Shown here in pieces: positions 27,773 to 41,251 of a stretch of DNA of 64,000 nt. The notes beneath the pieces were generated by a model that was given only the letters and a program-made list of their open reading frames with translations, was not told where the DNA came from and ran no database searches. Origin of the DNA: Octopus sinensis. Its lineage: Eukaryota. A program made the translations under genes and the position numbers. The stretch's first letter is position 1, and each line of letters starts with the position of its first letter. Location of the stretch: the NCBI RefSeq assembly GCF_006345805.1, contig NC_043009.1, positions 49,538,001 to 49,602,000 on the forward strand, given 5' to 3'.

Positions 27773-27978
27773 TTAAACTCCCTCATATCACATCATAATG
27801 TTTTAAAGTGAAGGAAACACACACACACATATTTCAATTATCAACATTTAATGTCCATGTTCCATGCTGGCATGGGTTGGACAGTTCAACAGTGTCCAAT
27901 ATGTTCAAAAACAGCAACAATGCTCCCATGTGTCCCTTGGCATGGTTTCTAGTTGGATGCCCTTCCTAATACCAACCA
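27773..27978 (+). repeat. Dispersed direct repeat, copy 1 (copy 2 at 29814-30023)
   Basis: About 206 bp shared, with 5 substitutions and a (CA)n length difference. Contains fragments of older repeats. Confidence 0.9.
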
Positions 27979-29813
27979 TAAAAATGGATATACTACACTG
28001 TTGGCAGGATAAATTTATTCAGGCATAATCTGGTACTAACTTAATCCTTTACCGTTGTTTCAGTTATTGGACTGTGGTTATACTGGGGGTACCATTTTCA
28101 AGAATATCCCAGTTATACTGATTCCCACTTATTTTATCAACCTTAGAGAAATGAAAGGCAAAGCTGACTTGTACAGGATTTGAACACAAAAGGCAAAAGG
28201 ACAAACTAACATCACAAAGTATTTGGTTCACTACTATAGTAATTCTGCCATCCACTATTGAAATTATTTTAAAAAATCCTTTTACCCTATCTTTTGGGAG
28301 AAACCTTGTTTTTACACGTAGACAAATTATTCAATCAATGTAATAAAGTGAGTAGACAAACAGCCAGAAACATTTACATCATTTGACTGATTAAAGACAA
28401 AATTCTAACATTCACTCCATCATATCCAGTTCTTTGTTGTTGCCGAGAAATTAGGTAGGTAGGTAAGTTATTGGGTTAACAATAACACTATGCAAAAAAC
28501 CTAAAATAAACCCAGTTACAGAAACAATAAGCTTGATATCCAGCATTTCTGGTCACATAAAAGGAATTAACAATAAATAATTTAATGCCTATATTTTTGT
28601 ATATAGTATAACATAAATACAATCGCTCTGAGATTCACAAAGAATCATTTCATGATTTTATGTCATGCTTACGTATTTTAATTTTCGGGTGTGAATTATG
28701 TAAATAGGAAATAATACCACAAAAATGATTCATAATGTATCCTAGAGATTGTATTATATTATACTACAATAAACTCTGCTATATTGGCATTGAGTGCTTT
28801 CATCTATTGTGTATGAGAAACAACGCATATGCAATATATCTGTAGATATAAATATCTTTTTCACTTTCTTTTTAAGTAAATCCAAGAACCAATTAAGTAA
28901 AAGTAGCCGCCGATCATTTTGAATCATGAAATTAAAAAAAAAAAAGAGGAAAGAAATGGTTTCATTTTTTTTTTCTTTTTTTTTTAATATTCATTGAAAG
29001 AAATTCTTTGGTTACCAACACACAGCTGTTGTTTAGTGTTGGAATAAGCTTCAACGATAACACCAACATGGAGAAATCACAATAATTCCAGCTGTCTGCA
29101 AAGTGAGAACAAAACTTAACTACCGGTTTGTGAGATTCTAATTTCGCAATGACCACTGTAGAATGCAATGATAGATCATGATAGATTGGCAAAGTCATGG
29201 AATTAAGCCAACAGATGTCCAATCAGTCAATTCTCATGAGGAAATAGATATAAAGCAATGACAAAAAGCCAATATTCTTTCCAGTAAGGTTATTTTAAGT
29301 AATTCTTTCGTTAAGCTGAAAGCAACTACTTTCTTTTTACTAAACGTACAGAACTAATTGGTAGTACTAGTAATCTAAAATAACCTATCCCCAGCTTTTC
29401 AGCAGTTCTGATATTAATATAATAAATACTTTTTAATATCATCTCCAGTAAAGGTAGTGTCATATCTATAACAGTGCATTCAATAAAAGTAGGATGGACA
29501 CAGTGCAGTAAGGTTCTAGAGGTTAGTATGTCGGAGTTTATAGATAATTAAGTCTGATTATATTGTAGAAGTTTTAGAAAGCACTTCTAATGAGGTTCAA
29601 TTTTGGCTACAGCTATGGCATCTACTTGGAATTGGCAATTAGTCTATTATGTCTTGTCTGCAGCCCGACAGCCATTATAAATTCCGTACATGCAGTTGGC
29701 AATCAACACCAAGTCCCATTGCATTCAGTTGGCCATTTCTATGAGATATCACTGCTTAAAATCAAGTCAAAAACGAAGTCTTTGTAATGACTTGGCCTGC
29801 TAGAAAGAACAAC

Positions 29814-30023
29814 TTAAACTCCCTCATATCACATCATAATGTTTTAAAATGAAGGAAACACACACACACACACATATATCAATTATCAACATTTAATGTC
29901 CATGTTCCATGCTGGCATGGATTGGACAGTTCAACCGGGTCCAATATGTTCAAAAACAGCAACAATGCTCCCATGTGTCCCTTGGCATGGTTTCTAGTTG
30001 GATGCCCTTCCTAATACCAACCA
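29814..30023 (+). repeat. Dispersed direct repeat, copy 2 (copy 1 at 27773-27978)
   Basis: Same alignment as copy 1. Confidence 0.9.
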
Positions 30024-30088
30024 CTTTGCAACATGGACTGCCATAGTGCCACCTGCATCATAGGGGTCAATATATATATATATATATA

Positions 30089-30137
30089 GGCGCAGGAGTG
30101 GCTGTGTGGTAAGTAGCTTGCTAACCAACCACGTGGT
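30089..30137 (+). mobile_element. Family A SINE 5' head fragment fused to a CR1 3' end
   Basis: GGCGCAGGAGTGGCTGTGTGGTAAGTAGCTTGCTAACCAACCAC matches the start of 23712, then the sequence switches to LINE. Confidence 0.85.
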
Positions 30138-30495
30138 GATCTTATTCTTGCTCACAACATCATAAGCGGAAAGTGTAACCTCTCGAAGGAGCTGTTCTTC
30201 ATTCCTGCTCCAGAGCGTTGGCTGCGGGGTCACTCCGAAAAGCTCTATCTGCGACGATTTCATCTCAATCAAAGGAGAGGGGCTTTCTCCATCCAGGTTG
30301 CGGATCCGTGGAATAAGCTGCCGGACGAGATGGTGAAGATGCCGATGACTGCTCGGTTCAAAGTCTCCCTTGACCACAAGTGGTCTGAACTCTTTACATG
30401 AACACCACCCTGTACATAACTCCATGTCCCCCTACATGGCCTCGCTTTTTTGCTTTTTGAGCCAAAAAATTAACTAAACTAACTAACTAACTAAC
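30132..30495 (+). mobile_element. CR1-type LINE 3' fragment (ORF2 C-terminus 30132-30401, 3' UTR, (TAAC)n tail)
   Basis: An open frame of 89 codons reads RGDLILAHNIISGK...LRGHSEKLYLRRFHLNQRRGAFSIQVADPWNKLPDEMV...FKVSLDHKW. This matches the RGDL..RGH..KL..R..FS.RV..WN.LP..FK..LD C-terminal signature of CR1-group ORF2. Confidence 0.88.
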
Positions 30496-30837
30496 ATAAT
30501 ACCACACATACAGAGACGTGTACCATAAAGAAATGAAGATTTCAGAAATGGAAGGAATGAATGCTAGCAGTGATGATGGTAGTGGTACACAAGATAAATA
30601 TTTTCAGAATGAAGCAGCAAAGTAGATGCTGTATTGAACACACACAGACGTATACACATTGTGTGTGTATGTATGTGTGTTTGTGCATGCATGTGTGTGT
30701 GTGCCAGTGTCCATGTGCTGAATGTTTGTAGATGTGCGTGAGCAGAACCGAGTTGAGCCATAACAGTAAAAGCAGTAAATTGCTGTGAAATGTTAACAAC
30801 AATTACAACAACAATAATAAGGTAGGAGTAGTAGTAA

Positions 30838-30878
<41 letters not shown>

Positions 30879-31415
30879 ATAGTAGCAGAACTTCATTGAA
30901 TAAGTTCAATGGCAGTAGGCTACACACACACATGCCTACAAACACACACACATGCCTACAAACACACACACATGCCTACAAACACACACACATGTATGTA
31001 TGTATGTACATACGTACGTAACACATATTGGACAAGGAACAAGAGGCGGAAGCAAGACTGGCTGGCTATAATATACATAATAGAACCTAAGAACCTAAAG
31101 TATAACAAGATAGGTAGAGGTGGTGGATGCGGAGCAAGGCAGTGTCGAAGTTTCAAATGGCCATAGTAATGGTTAGAGAGGACAAAGGAATCCCTGGTTC
31201 ATTTGCTGTCAGGGAAATTAGCCAGTGTGTTAGGGATCAAGAGTGCAGGATAAAGAAGAAGAGGGTGTGTATGTGTGTGTCTTAAAGCACATTTATTATC
31301 ATATGATATTATGGCTTATTCCAGCTTCACTTCTATGTCATTATACACACATTATTAGTGTGTGTGTGTGTGTACGTGCATGCCTTTGTGTGCACGTGTG
31401 TGTGTGTGTGTGTGT

Positions 31416-33389
31416 GATCAATGCTGAAGGTGGGTCATTATCTAAATTCTGAGAGGAAAAGAGCGCCGCTGTAATAATATTATTATCTTACTTGTTAACT
31501 GGTTGCTGAAACAACAGACACATACATGCACAAATGGAGAGACATTTATATAGACAAGGCATAAGTACACATTGCGTATGCACGTAAGGTAAGTGTGTGT
31601 GTCTGTACGAGGATGAGAGGGAGAGAGAGAGAGAGAGAGAGAGAGAAAGATATCATAACTGGAAGGACAAGTGAACAGAACAAAACAAATGATGTACGTA
31701 CTTGTGAATGGGTGTGCATAATATACATATATATATGTATATATATATATGTATATATACTATATATATGATATATATACGTACGTATATATATATGTAT
31801 ATATATACGTATATATGTATATATATATACACTGTATATATGTATATATATACATATATATATATGTATATATATTCATATATATATAGTATACATATAC
31901 ATATATATTATGTTACATATACATATAATATATATATGTGTGTGTGTATGTATATAATATATAATATATATATAGATATATATATATGTATATATGTGTG
32001 TGTATATATATATATATATAAAATGCCAAATGCCATGTACAAGAATTGATATTGGTCATATAATGCAGAATCAGAGAATTTCTAACATAACTCCTTTTTA
32101 TACTCAAGCCCCTTCCTCACACATGAGAGGAGGGAGATGATGAGGTGATGAAGAGGAAGGGGGTATGAGGAGGAGGAGGAGGAGGCAGTAGCACATCCAG
32201 AGACCACGGAATGGTCTAATATATGCTGGTGGTGGTGGTGGTGGTGCTGCTGCTGATTGCAGTGGAGGTGAGCATATCACAAATGGACAAATTGACTGAC
32301 CTTGCATCAAACCACTCAACACTCTCATGGAAAGATGCTGCCGTCGGAGAGGTGTGAGGGAGGAGAAAAGAAAGTTAAAAGAAAAGAAAAAAAATGAAAA
32401 TAACAGTTCGCTTTATCCTAAAATACTTATAATTCAACCCGTCATTAAAGATCATATAAAATCATTGCTCTCTCTCTCCTCTCTTCTCTCCTCTCTCTCT
32501 CTCACTCTCTCATTCTCTCCTCTCTCACAACTTCCACTTTGCCCTTCCACTGCAGATTAAGTTGGTGCTACAACATAGCCATTTAATTGCTTCATTAACA
32601 AACCCCTTGCTTCTTAATTACAGATGTTATCAAACAATGGCCCACAACCGGCATTTCTCCACCACCGACGTCACTCTAATGCCAGACAAGCTGCTCTTAT
32701 ATAAACCCCGGCTGTTATAAATTCTTGTTAAACAAATATGTGTGTCTACTGACAGACACACAGCATGATACAAGATGCCACTTGCTGATTTCTATGCAAT
32801 TTATTCATTCATGTGTGTGTGTGTGTGGTGTGTGTGTGTGTGTGATCAATGCTGAAGTGGGTCATTATCTAAATTCTGAGAGGAAAAGAGCGCCGCTGTA
32901 ATAATATTATTATCTTACTTGTTAACTGGTTGCTGAAACAACCAGACACATACATGCACAAATGGAGAGACATTTATATAGACAAAAGGCATAAGTACAC
33001 ATTGCGTATGCACGTAAGGTAAGTGTGTGTGTCTGTACGAGGATGAGAGGGAGAGAGAGAGAGAGAGAGAGAGAGAAGAAAGAGATCATTACTGGAAGGA
33101 CAAAGTGAAACAGAACAAAACAAATGATGTACGTATGTGTGAATGGGTGTGCATATATATACATATATATATATGTATATATATATATGTATATATACGT
33201 ATATATATGTATATATATACGTATATATATATATATGTATATATATACGTATATATGTTATATATATACATGTATATATGTATATATACTACATATATAT
33301 ATATATGTATATATATTCATATATATATTGTATACATATACATATATATATTGTATACATATACATATATATATATATATGTGTGTGTG

Positions 33390-33441
<52 letters not shown>

Positions 33442-34239
33442 GTGTGTGTATATATATATTATATATAAAATGCCATGTACAAGAATTGATATTGGTCATA
33501 TAATGCAGAATCAGAGAATTTCTAACATAACTCCTTTTTATACTCAAGCCCCTTCCTCACACATGAGAGGAGGTGTATGATGAGGTGATGAAGAGAAGGG
33601 GGTATGAGGAGGAGGAGGAGGAGGCAGTAGCACATCCAGAGACCACGGAATGGTCTAATATATGCTGGTGGTGGTGGTGGTGGTGCTGCTGCTGATTGCA
33701 GTGGAGTAGCATATCACAAATGACAAATTGACTGACCTTGCATCAACCACTCAACACTCTCATGAAAGATGCTGCCGTCGGAGAGGTGTGAGGAGGAGAA
33801 AAGAAAGTTAAAAGAAAAGAAAAAAAAATGAAAATAACAGTTCGCTATTATCCTAAAATACTTATAATTCAACCCTGTCATTAAAGATCAATATAAAATC
33901 ATTGCTCTCTCTCTCTTCTCTCTCTCTCTCTCACTCTCTCATTCTCTCCTCTCTCACAACTTCCCACTTTGCCCTTCCACTGCAGATTAAGTTGGTGCTA
34001 CCAACATAGCCATTTAATTGCTTCATTAACAAACCCCTTGCTTCTTTAATTACAGATGTTATCAAACATGGCCCACAACCGGCAGTTTCTCCACCGACGT
34101 CACTCTAATGCCAGACAAGCTGCTCTTATATAAACCCCGGCTGTTATAAATTCTTGTTTAAACAAATATGTGTGTCTACTGACAGACACAGCATGATACA
34201 AGATGCCACTTGCTGATTTCTATGCAATTTATTCATTCA
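31416..34239 (+). repeat. Tandem duplication of a ~1.43-kb unit (31416-32811 and 32844-34239) bounded by (TG)n tracts
   Basis: Unique sequence from GATCAATGCTGAAG to TTTATTCATTCA occurs twice. Differences are mostly 1-2 nt indels. Confidence 0.95.
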
Positions 34240-34240
34240 T

Positions 34241-34279
<39 letters not shown>

Positions 34280-34469
34280 TGTGATCTTATTTTTATGTAT
34301 GCGGTGTTTGTGTGTGCGTAAGCATAAATTTATGTCTCTGCAAGTATGTGTCTTAATACCAGGAGACTAACTGTTTGTGTATCTGTGTTCTCTATGTATG
34401 GTATGTGTGCGTGTTTCCCTAACATGTGCACATGCACGCTTATCCACACTTACATTGTGTGTGTGTGTG

Positions 34470-34519
<50 letters not shown>

Positions 34520-37093
34520 ACATATATATATACTATATATATATATATATACATATATATACACATATATATATATAAACATATTTATATGAACATATGT
34601 ATATGAACAAGCCCAGCGTTGAGTAAATATGTAAGCACGTGGTCACACTATTCACGAATTATGTATGCGGGAACATGTGTAACCACAAAAATTTGTTATA
34701 TGTGCGTATCTCTGTGCACGAGCAGTGGTTAGATACAGTAGCGGTTCTTCAAAAGTCTACCCTTCTCCTCTCTCCAAAGACAATAGACTCAACTTCCTAT
34801 TGCCTCTGCCACTAAGACAAACACACAAAGAGGTTATGAGCAGTGGTCGACTGCCAATTGACATTTGTTCAAGACGGAATTGCAAACAGGAAGACAGGCA
34901 CATGCAAGACTTGAATAAATGTTATATTTATAGAATCTAAGGCTAAGAAGTGATACGAAAATAACTTTTCATAATGGCTCTTGTATAGTACATCCTACAT
35001 TTATTAATGGTTCTGGTGACATACTGGAAGAAAAGGTATCTAAAAATAGTGACCTTACTATTTCAACCAGGAACTCATGCTTGAAACCATTATTATTATC
35101 GTTGTTGTTTTTGTTGTTGTTATTATTATTAGTAGTAGTAGTATTGTGTCAAGTTGTAGAGAGATGTTAAAAACCTTCACAGTGGTTGACTTTGACCAAA
35201 TTTCAAGTATTGTCTTTGTAGTTTTGGCACCAGATAGATTTAATTTAAAGTAGCAGGCGTTGAGAAAAGTAAAATAAGTTTTCTTGCTGCAATGAATTAA
35301 GTTTCTGATGTATGGGTTTGGATGACGAGGGGAAAGGCAGGAGATTATACACACACACACACACATACACACAAACACACACACATATGGTTAATGTATA
35401 TTGGCATCGTGGCTGAAACCAGTACAAGAATATATTGATTTATTTCTGTAGACATGAAGCCAAACTTTGTAGAGGAAAAGTGTAACATAATTAACTGACT
35501 CTCTACCCCAATATATCACTGATATTGATCCCCAGAGAGATAAATAGTGAAGGTAATTCACATAACATTCAGCTGACCCAATAACAACTCATACATACAT
35601 ACATACCCACCCACAGTACCCCACCAACACAATACTCCATAGTTGTTTTACATCTCTGTGAACCCTGTTACTGTGCCCAGCTATTTCCCATGTCTTACAT
35701 GTTCATGTGCCTAGGTTCTAATGAGAACTATAACTAATCTATACACACACACACACACACACATAAATATATATACACAAATATATAAATAATTAAAAGA
35801 GTATTTGAGTATGTTTACTGTATCATCTATATTTGTAATTATTGTAAAGCTTTGACCTAAAATGTAATTAATATAACTCATGTAAAATGTTCATTTAAAA
35901 CAGCCAAGAGAGAGAAATTGCTAAGTTTGTATTTCTGACAATTCAGATTTATTAAAAACCATTTAATAATCTACACAAAACTAGTCAACAAATTCTTTAT
36001 TTGTGTATCAATGGAGAGTTACTTAAGCATAACACTAGAATGTAGAGGTTTATTATTGCTGTTGTTGTTGTTTAACCCAAGGTCAGCTCTGATTGAGTAG
36101 ACAAATGATCAAAAACGTCTCAGCTGTGATCATCATTCCTGTGCCCTCAGATATAACACATTGATGCACAAGTACATATTCAATATGCATTTCTTTTTTT
36201 AAAACTGCATGAACAATTTTTAAAGAAATTTGGGTGAAATTTTCTTGCAGGGGCATTGATTACATAGGGGCTCTATCTTTGGCTCATGTGTCTGCACATT
36301 TGCAAGAGTAAGAGAGAAAGGACAATACAGTAGGACAAATATAATGGCTGATTTGAGTTTAGATCAAACTCAAACTGGCCATTATATTTGTCCCACTGTA
36401 CTGTATTGTGTATGTATTGTGATCACAGATCAAAAGTACATCAGTTCATGTTACAATGGACAATAACAACTATGTCAATATATATATGTAACGACCATTA
36501 TTCATATATAAACTTGCATAAGTGAAGCAGTTGTGTACACACAATCATTGGACTATAAAGTCAAAAGATCTCAAGTTCACATCTACTATAGATATTTAAT
36601 TGTGTATTTGGACAGAACAATGATCAATAAATAAAACTCAGCCCAATCTATAGGAATGGTATCAGAAATAAGTGATCATACATCTAAGTTATATCTTTAT
36701 CCCCATCCTGTCCAAATCTAGAGATAAGACCCTTGGGAAAATTAAGAGCCTTTTAGAAATTGTCTCTTTACAATATATTTGTCATGTATGTGTGGGTTTG
36801 TATCAATGTTTACAAAACTATACTGAGCAAAAATGTTTTGACATCAGCATTTATAACTGGGCTTCAACTAGTGATGGTTGTTGACCTTTCCTTTTAAAAA
36901 TCATCTGTTAACTCTGTGCTTCTGAATTCCTCTGGAATAAAAAAAATCCTTGAAAGAAAATAGATAAAGGTGAGTGACAGGTAGGGCATCCAGCTTTGAA
37001 AATCCTGCATTGATTTCCTCAGGTTTGAGCAACGCCAGCATAGAAAACTCATACAAATGAAATGAATGAATGAATGAATGAAAATATATATAT

Positions 37094-37130
<37 letters not shown>

Positions 37131-37568
37131 GAATGTATGTATGTATGTATGTATGTATGTATGTATGTATACGCACAGACTCACACATGTATAATAGAGT
37201 CTGGATTTTACATTTACCACGGTAAACTAGTCAGTCAAGCACCATCCATTTATGTGAAAGAACTAACTAAACCATTCTATGAATAGGAATCAATAATTTG
37301 AGTACCGGATTGAAAGAAATACTGGAGTTTGTATCACTGACTGAATCCTTTGAAGATGGAGCTTTGGGATGAACTCAGTCTAAATTAGTGAAAAAGACTA
37401 AAAGCGTACACAAAATAATGAAAAGTATTCACATTCGAATGTCCTGAATCTTACATTATGTTCATGGGAGGGTGTATATGTGTGAGTGTGTGTGTGTGTT
37501 GTACCATTGATACTAATCAATAGGTGTTAATGTGTGTATTTTACTGACAACTTCTTCACTTTTGGCAG

Positions 37569-37601
37569 GATGAAAATGAAAATCATTCCAAGTGCGACTA
37601 G
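37569..37601 (+). CDS. Candidate terminal coding exon (DENENHSKCD* if phase 0)
   Basis: TACTGAC branch motif (37542-37548), TTCTTCACTTTTGGCAG acceptor, AATAAA at 37721. Phase 1 is also open, to 37725. Unverified. Confidence 0.25.
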   Translation, partial: DENENHSKCD

Positions 37602-38477
37602 AACTCAGAGAAACATGATATATCGCATCAAAGTAGATTTTGTCAAAGCATCGAACCTTGAATATTTTACTATAAGTGCCAAATCCTCCCTTCCCAACCA
37701 GTCTATTAAACAGATACATAAATAAACAAAGCACACAATTCTGGATAACTAAATATTGAGGCTTGTAGGAAGATTAAATTTGTTAGCCAATCTCTCGCCA
37801 CCCCTTTCTCTCAATCTATCTACCCATCTATCTATCTATACCTCTATCTATCAATCTCTTTATTTAAGCGCACAGCATCTACAGCTAAAATGTCTCCCAT
37901 TTTGAATATAAATAAACAGAGTATTCAAAACATTTATTTTTTGGGAAATTACATAGAGGGAAAAAATACACACACACACATATCCACGTATATATTAGAA
38001 AATAAACAAAACAAATACGGGAATGATAAATAATAAAATTACATTGAATAAAATCTAAAAAAAAATTTTAAATTAAAAAGAAATAAACATAGTCATAAAT
38101 AATAAAGAGAACTTCAAATAGCAATTGGAATAAAAATTTAATATAATTACAGAATTATATTTTGCCATTGTATTTGTTTTTTTCCTTGTAATTTGTTTTT
38201 CTTCTTTTCTTTTTTTCTTTTTTTTAAAATTTTTCCACCCCGAAATATGTTTTCCTTCCCACCAAACCCTGCTACTCTTAGCTTACTTTTCAGATATTAA
38301 CTTAATTTAAAATCATGAAGATACATTTTTCCATTGATTATAATTTAGTTGCCGAAATAATATTTTGAAGAATTAATATAATACAGAAGAAAAAAAAAAC
38401 TAGCAAAAAAAAAAACCAAAACGAAACAGGAAGTTGCCCTCTTCTTTACTCTTCTAGAACCATCCTACATTTCAGTG

Positions 38478-38510
<33 letters not shown>

Positions 38511-38869
38511 CATATATATAAACAAAAGATACTCTTAAAAAATATCGCAGAGAGAGAAAGAAATAAACACACACACAAATGTACATACATTAGGTTCACA
38601 CATACACAAAAACTATGCAGTATGTTCAGAATGATTTTTTTTTATTTATTTTAATACTTTTATTTTTAAATTATTGATGAAAGGAAGAGAAGGTGGGGGT
38701 GGAAGGACATATTAGATTTCCAAATATATGGAAAATTTTCACTGAAAAATGGGAAAAATATTTCCAATGGAAAATGAAGAGAAAATAAAGAGAAAGAAAG
38801 CAGGGGGGTGAAAGCTAGAAAGTTGTGAGATGAAGAGAGAGGGGGATGTCAGAGAAAGATTGGGATTGA

Positions 38870-38918
<49 letters not shown>

Positions 38919-39013
38919 AGCCAGAGAGGGGGAGAAAATGAGTGGGGGAATGTATGTTTCTGTTTGTATAAATAATACATTAAAAGTGTTTAGGAATTTA
39001 AAGCAGAACAAGA

Positions 39014-39014
39014 T

Positions 39015-39080
<66 letters not shown>

Positions 39081-39293
39081 ATATATATATATATCTATAT
39101 ATATATGCATATATATATGCATATATACATACATACATATACACATACATACATATACATATATACATACATGCATATACATTATACATACATACATACA
39201 CATATATACATACATGCATATACATACATACATACATACATATACATACACACATACATACATATACATATATACATACATATATATACATAT

Positions 39294-39325
<32 letters not shown>
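39014..39325. repeat. (TA)n/(TACA)n microsatellite
   Basis: Directly visible. Confidence 0.95.
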
Positions 39326-39680
39326 AAATAAACAAAGACATAGGAACAACATGAAGAAGATACAAATAAAGATTAAAAAAAAACAAAAGGAATGAAAACA
39401 AAAACATCAGCAGTGTATGTTTTTACATTAGGCTGGAATAAGGTAACACTCTTGCCTTAATGATATCACAAAGAACTCTGGAATATTCTTACTGTTGGGA
39501 AAATGGTTACAATGTGCATACATATATGCAAAAACTGATATCAGGAGGAAAAGCAACAACAACAACAACATCGTATCCAAAGACACATTCATTCATTCAT
39601 TATTTTAATTTCATCATGAACAAAAATATTCAACAAAGATAGCAATGTGTATGTGTGTATGTATGTGTATAAATATATGC

Positions 39681-39734
<54 letters not shown>

Positions 39735-39917
39735 TGTGTGTGTGTGTGTGAGTGTGTGAAACAGAGAAAGACAGAGATGCTCGAATGTTTAGATGTACAA
39801 GCAGAAGAGAGAGTATTCAATACATGTAGTACAGTTTGTCTATTTGTTCAGACCTGGATCAGCTCTGAACAAACATGCAATATGTATATATTTAAAGGAA
39901 TGTGTGGATGTACACAA

Positions 39918-39954
<37 letters not shown>

Positions 39955-40614
39955 TCATACATATATACATGCATGTGTGTATATATATATATTGTACACA
40001 CACACATATGCATACAAGAATGGATGAATGTATGCATTATGTATGCGTGTGTATGAGTGTGGCTGGCTGGATGTATACACATTAATGGAAACAAGAGTGG
40101 GAGGTAAAAAAGTACTCAATAATGAAAGTAGGGAGAGATATTTTATTAGAAGCTGAAGTTGAGCTTTCTATCTACATATACACACATATATATATATACA
40201 TTCATACATACACACCAAAACACATATCTAATATATATATACATACACACACATCCTTAAATGTATATATCCATACATATGAAAATGCTATGTATATATA
40301 TATTCACACACAAACATAAATATATGCACTAATATAAACAACTAATCATCTGCATACCTGCAGATATGTGCAAACATGCATGGGGAACATAACTTTACTT
40401 GAGCCTGCACACCACATACGTAAACTGATTTAATCATGTAATAGAATGAAAATCAATATGCATACATACATGCACACACACACACACACATACACACACA
40501 CACAATTTTTAGAAAATGTAGAGAAAAAAAACTGGAACTCCTGTGTCATTAAAAAGCTTTTAAGATTTGAACTCTTAAAAGGTGAAGAAAAATGCAGCAG
40601 CAGCAACAGCAGCT

Positions 40615-40650
<36 letters not shown>

Positions 40651-41087
40651 ACAGCAGCAGCAACAATAGCAAGAGCTCAAGCACAATACCTGTAGCATGC
40701 CTGTATGAAAGAGGTGCATTAGCAGTGCTAGAGTTTGGAAACTTTTGCAGCACGTCAACTACAAAAGAAACAAACCCAGGAATGGAGAAGAAATCAAATA
40801 ACATTTCTTAAGTATACTCTGTGGAAATACAGGTACATGTGTGTGTGTGTGTGTGTGAAAGAGAGAGAGAGAGAGAGAGAGAGAACATGTATGAATGAAT
40901 ACCTGTGTCTATGTTTACAAGTTTTTATCTGAGCAGATTTAAGTGCCTCTGAATGAAATCGTGCGATTAAGGGTGTGAGTCTATGTGTCACTATATTTGA
41001 GTGTACACATGCATTTGTGTGAGTCTATGTGTCACTATATTCAAGTGTACACATGCATTTGTGTGAGTCACACAAACACACACACAC

Positions 41088-41251
41088 ATGATGGGCTTCT
41101 TTCAGTTTCCCTCTATGAAATCCACTCACAAGGCTTTGGTTGGCCTGAGGCTATAATAGAAGACACTTGCTCAAAGTGCCACACAGTGGGACTGAACTTG
41201 GAACCATGTGGTTGGTAAGCAAGCTTCTTACCACACAGCCACTCCTGCACC
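41088..41251 (-). mobile_element. Family A SINE 5' half
   Basis: Matches the reverse complement of 23712-23875, including both Pol III boxes. Confidence 0.85.

Noticed and set aside
28962-29787. Short ORFs in unique sequence (86 aa minus, 65 aa plus)
   Set aside because: No recognisable domain, splice context or codon pattern.
29994-30425. 143-aa minus-strand ORF
   Set aside because: It is the antisense shadow of the plus-strand CR1 ORF2 fragment plus SINE and (TA)n sequence.
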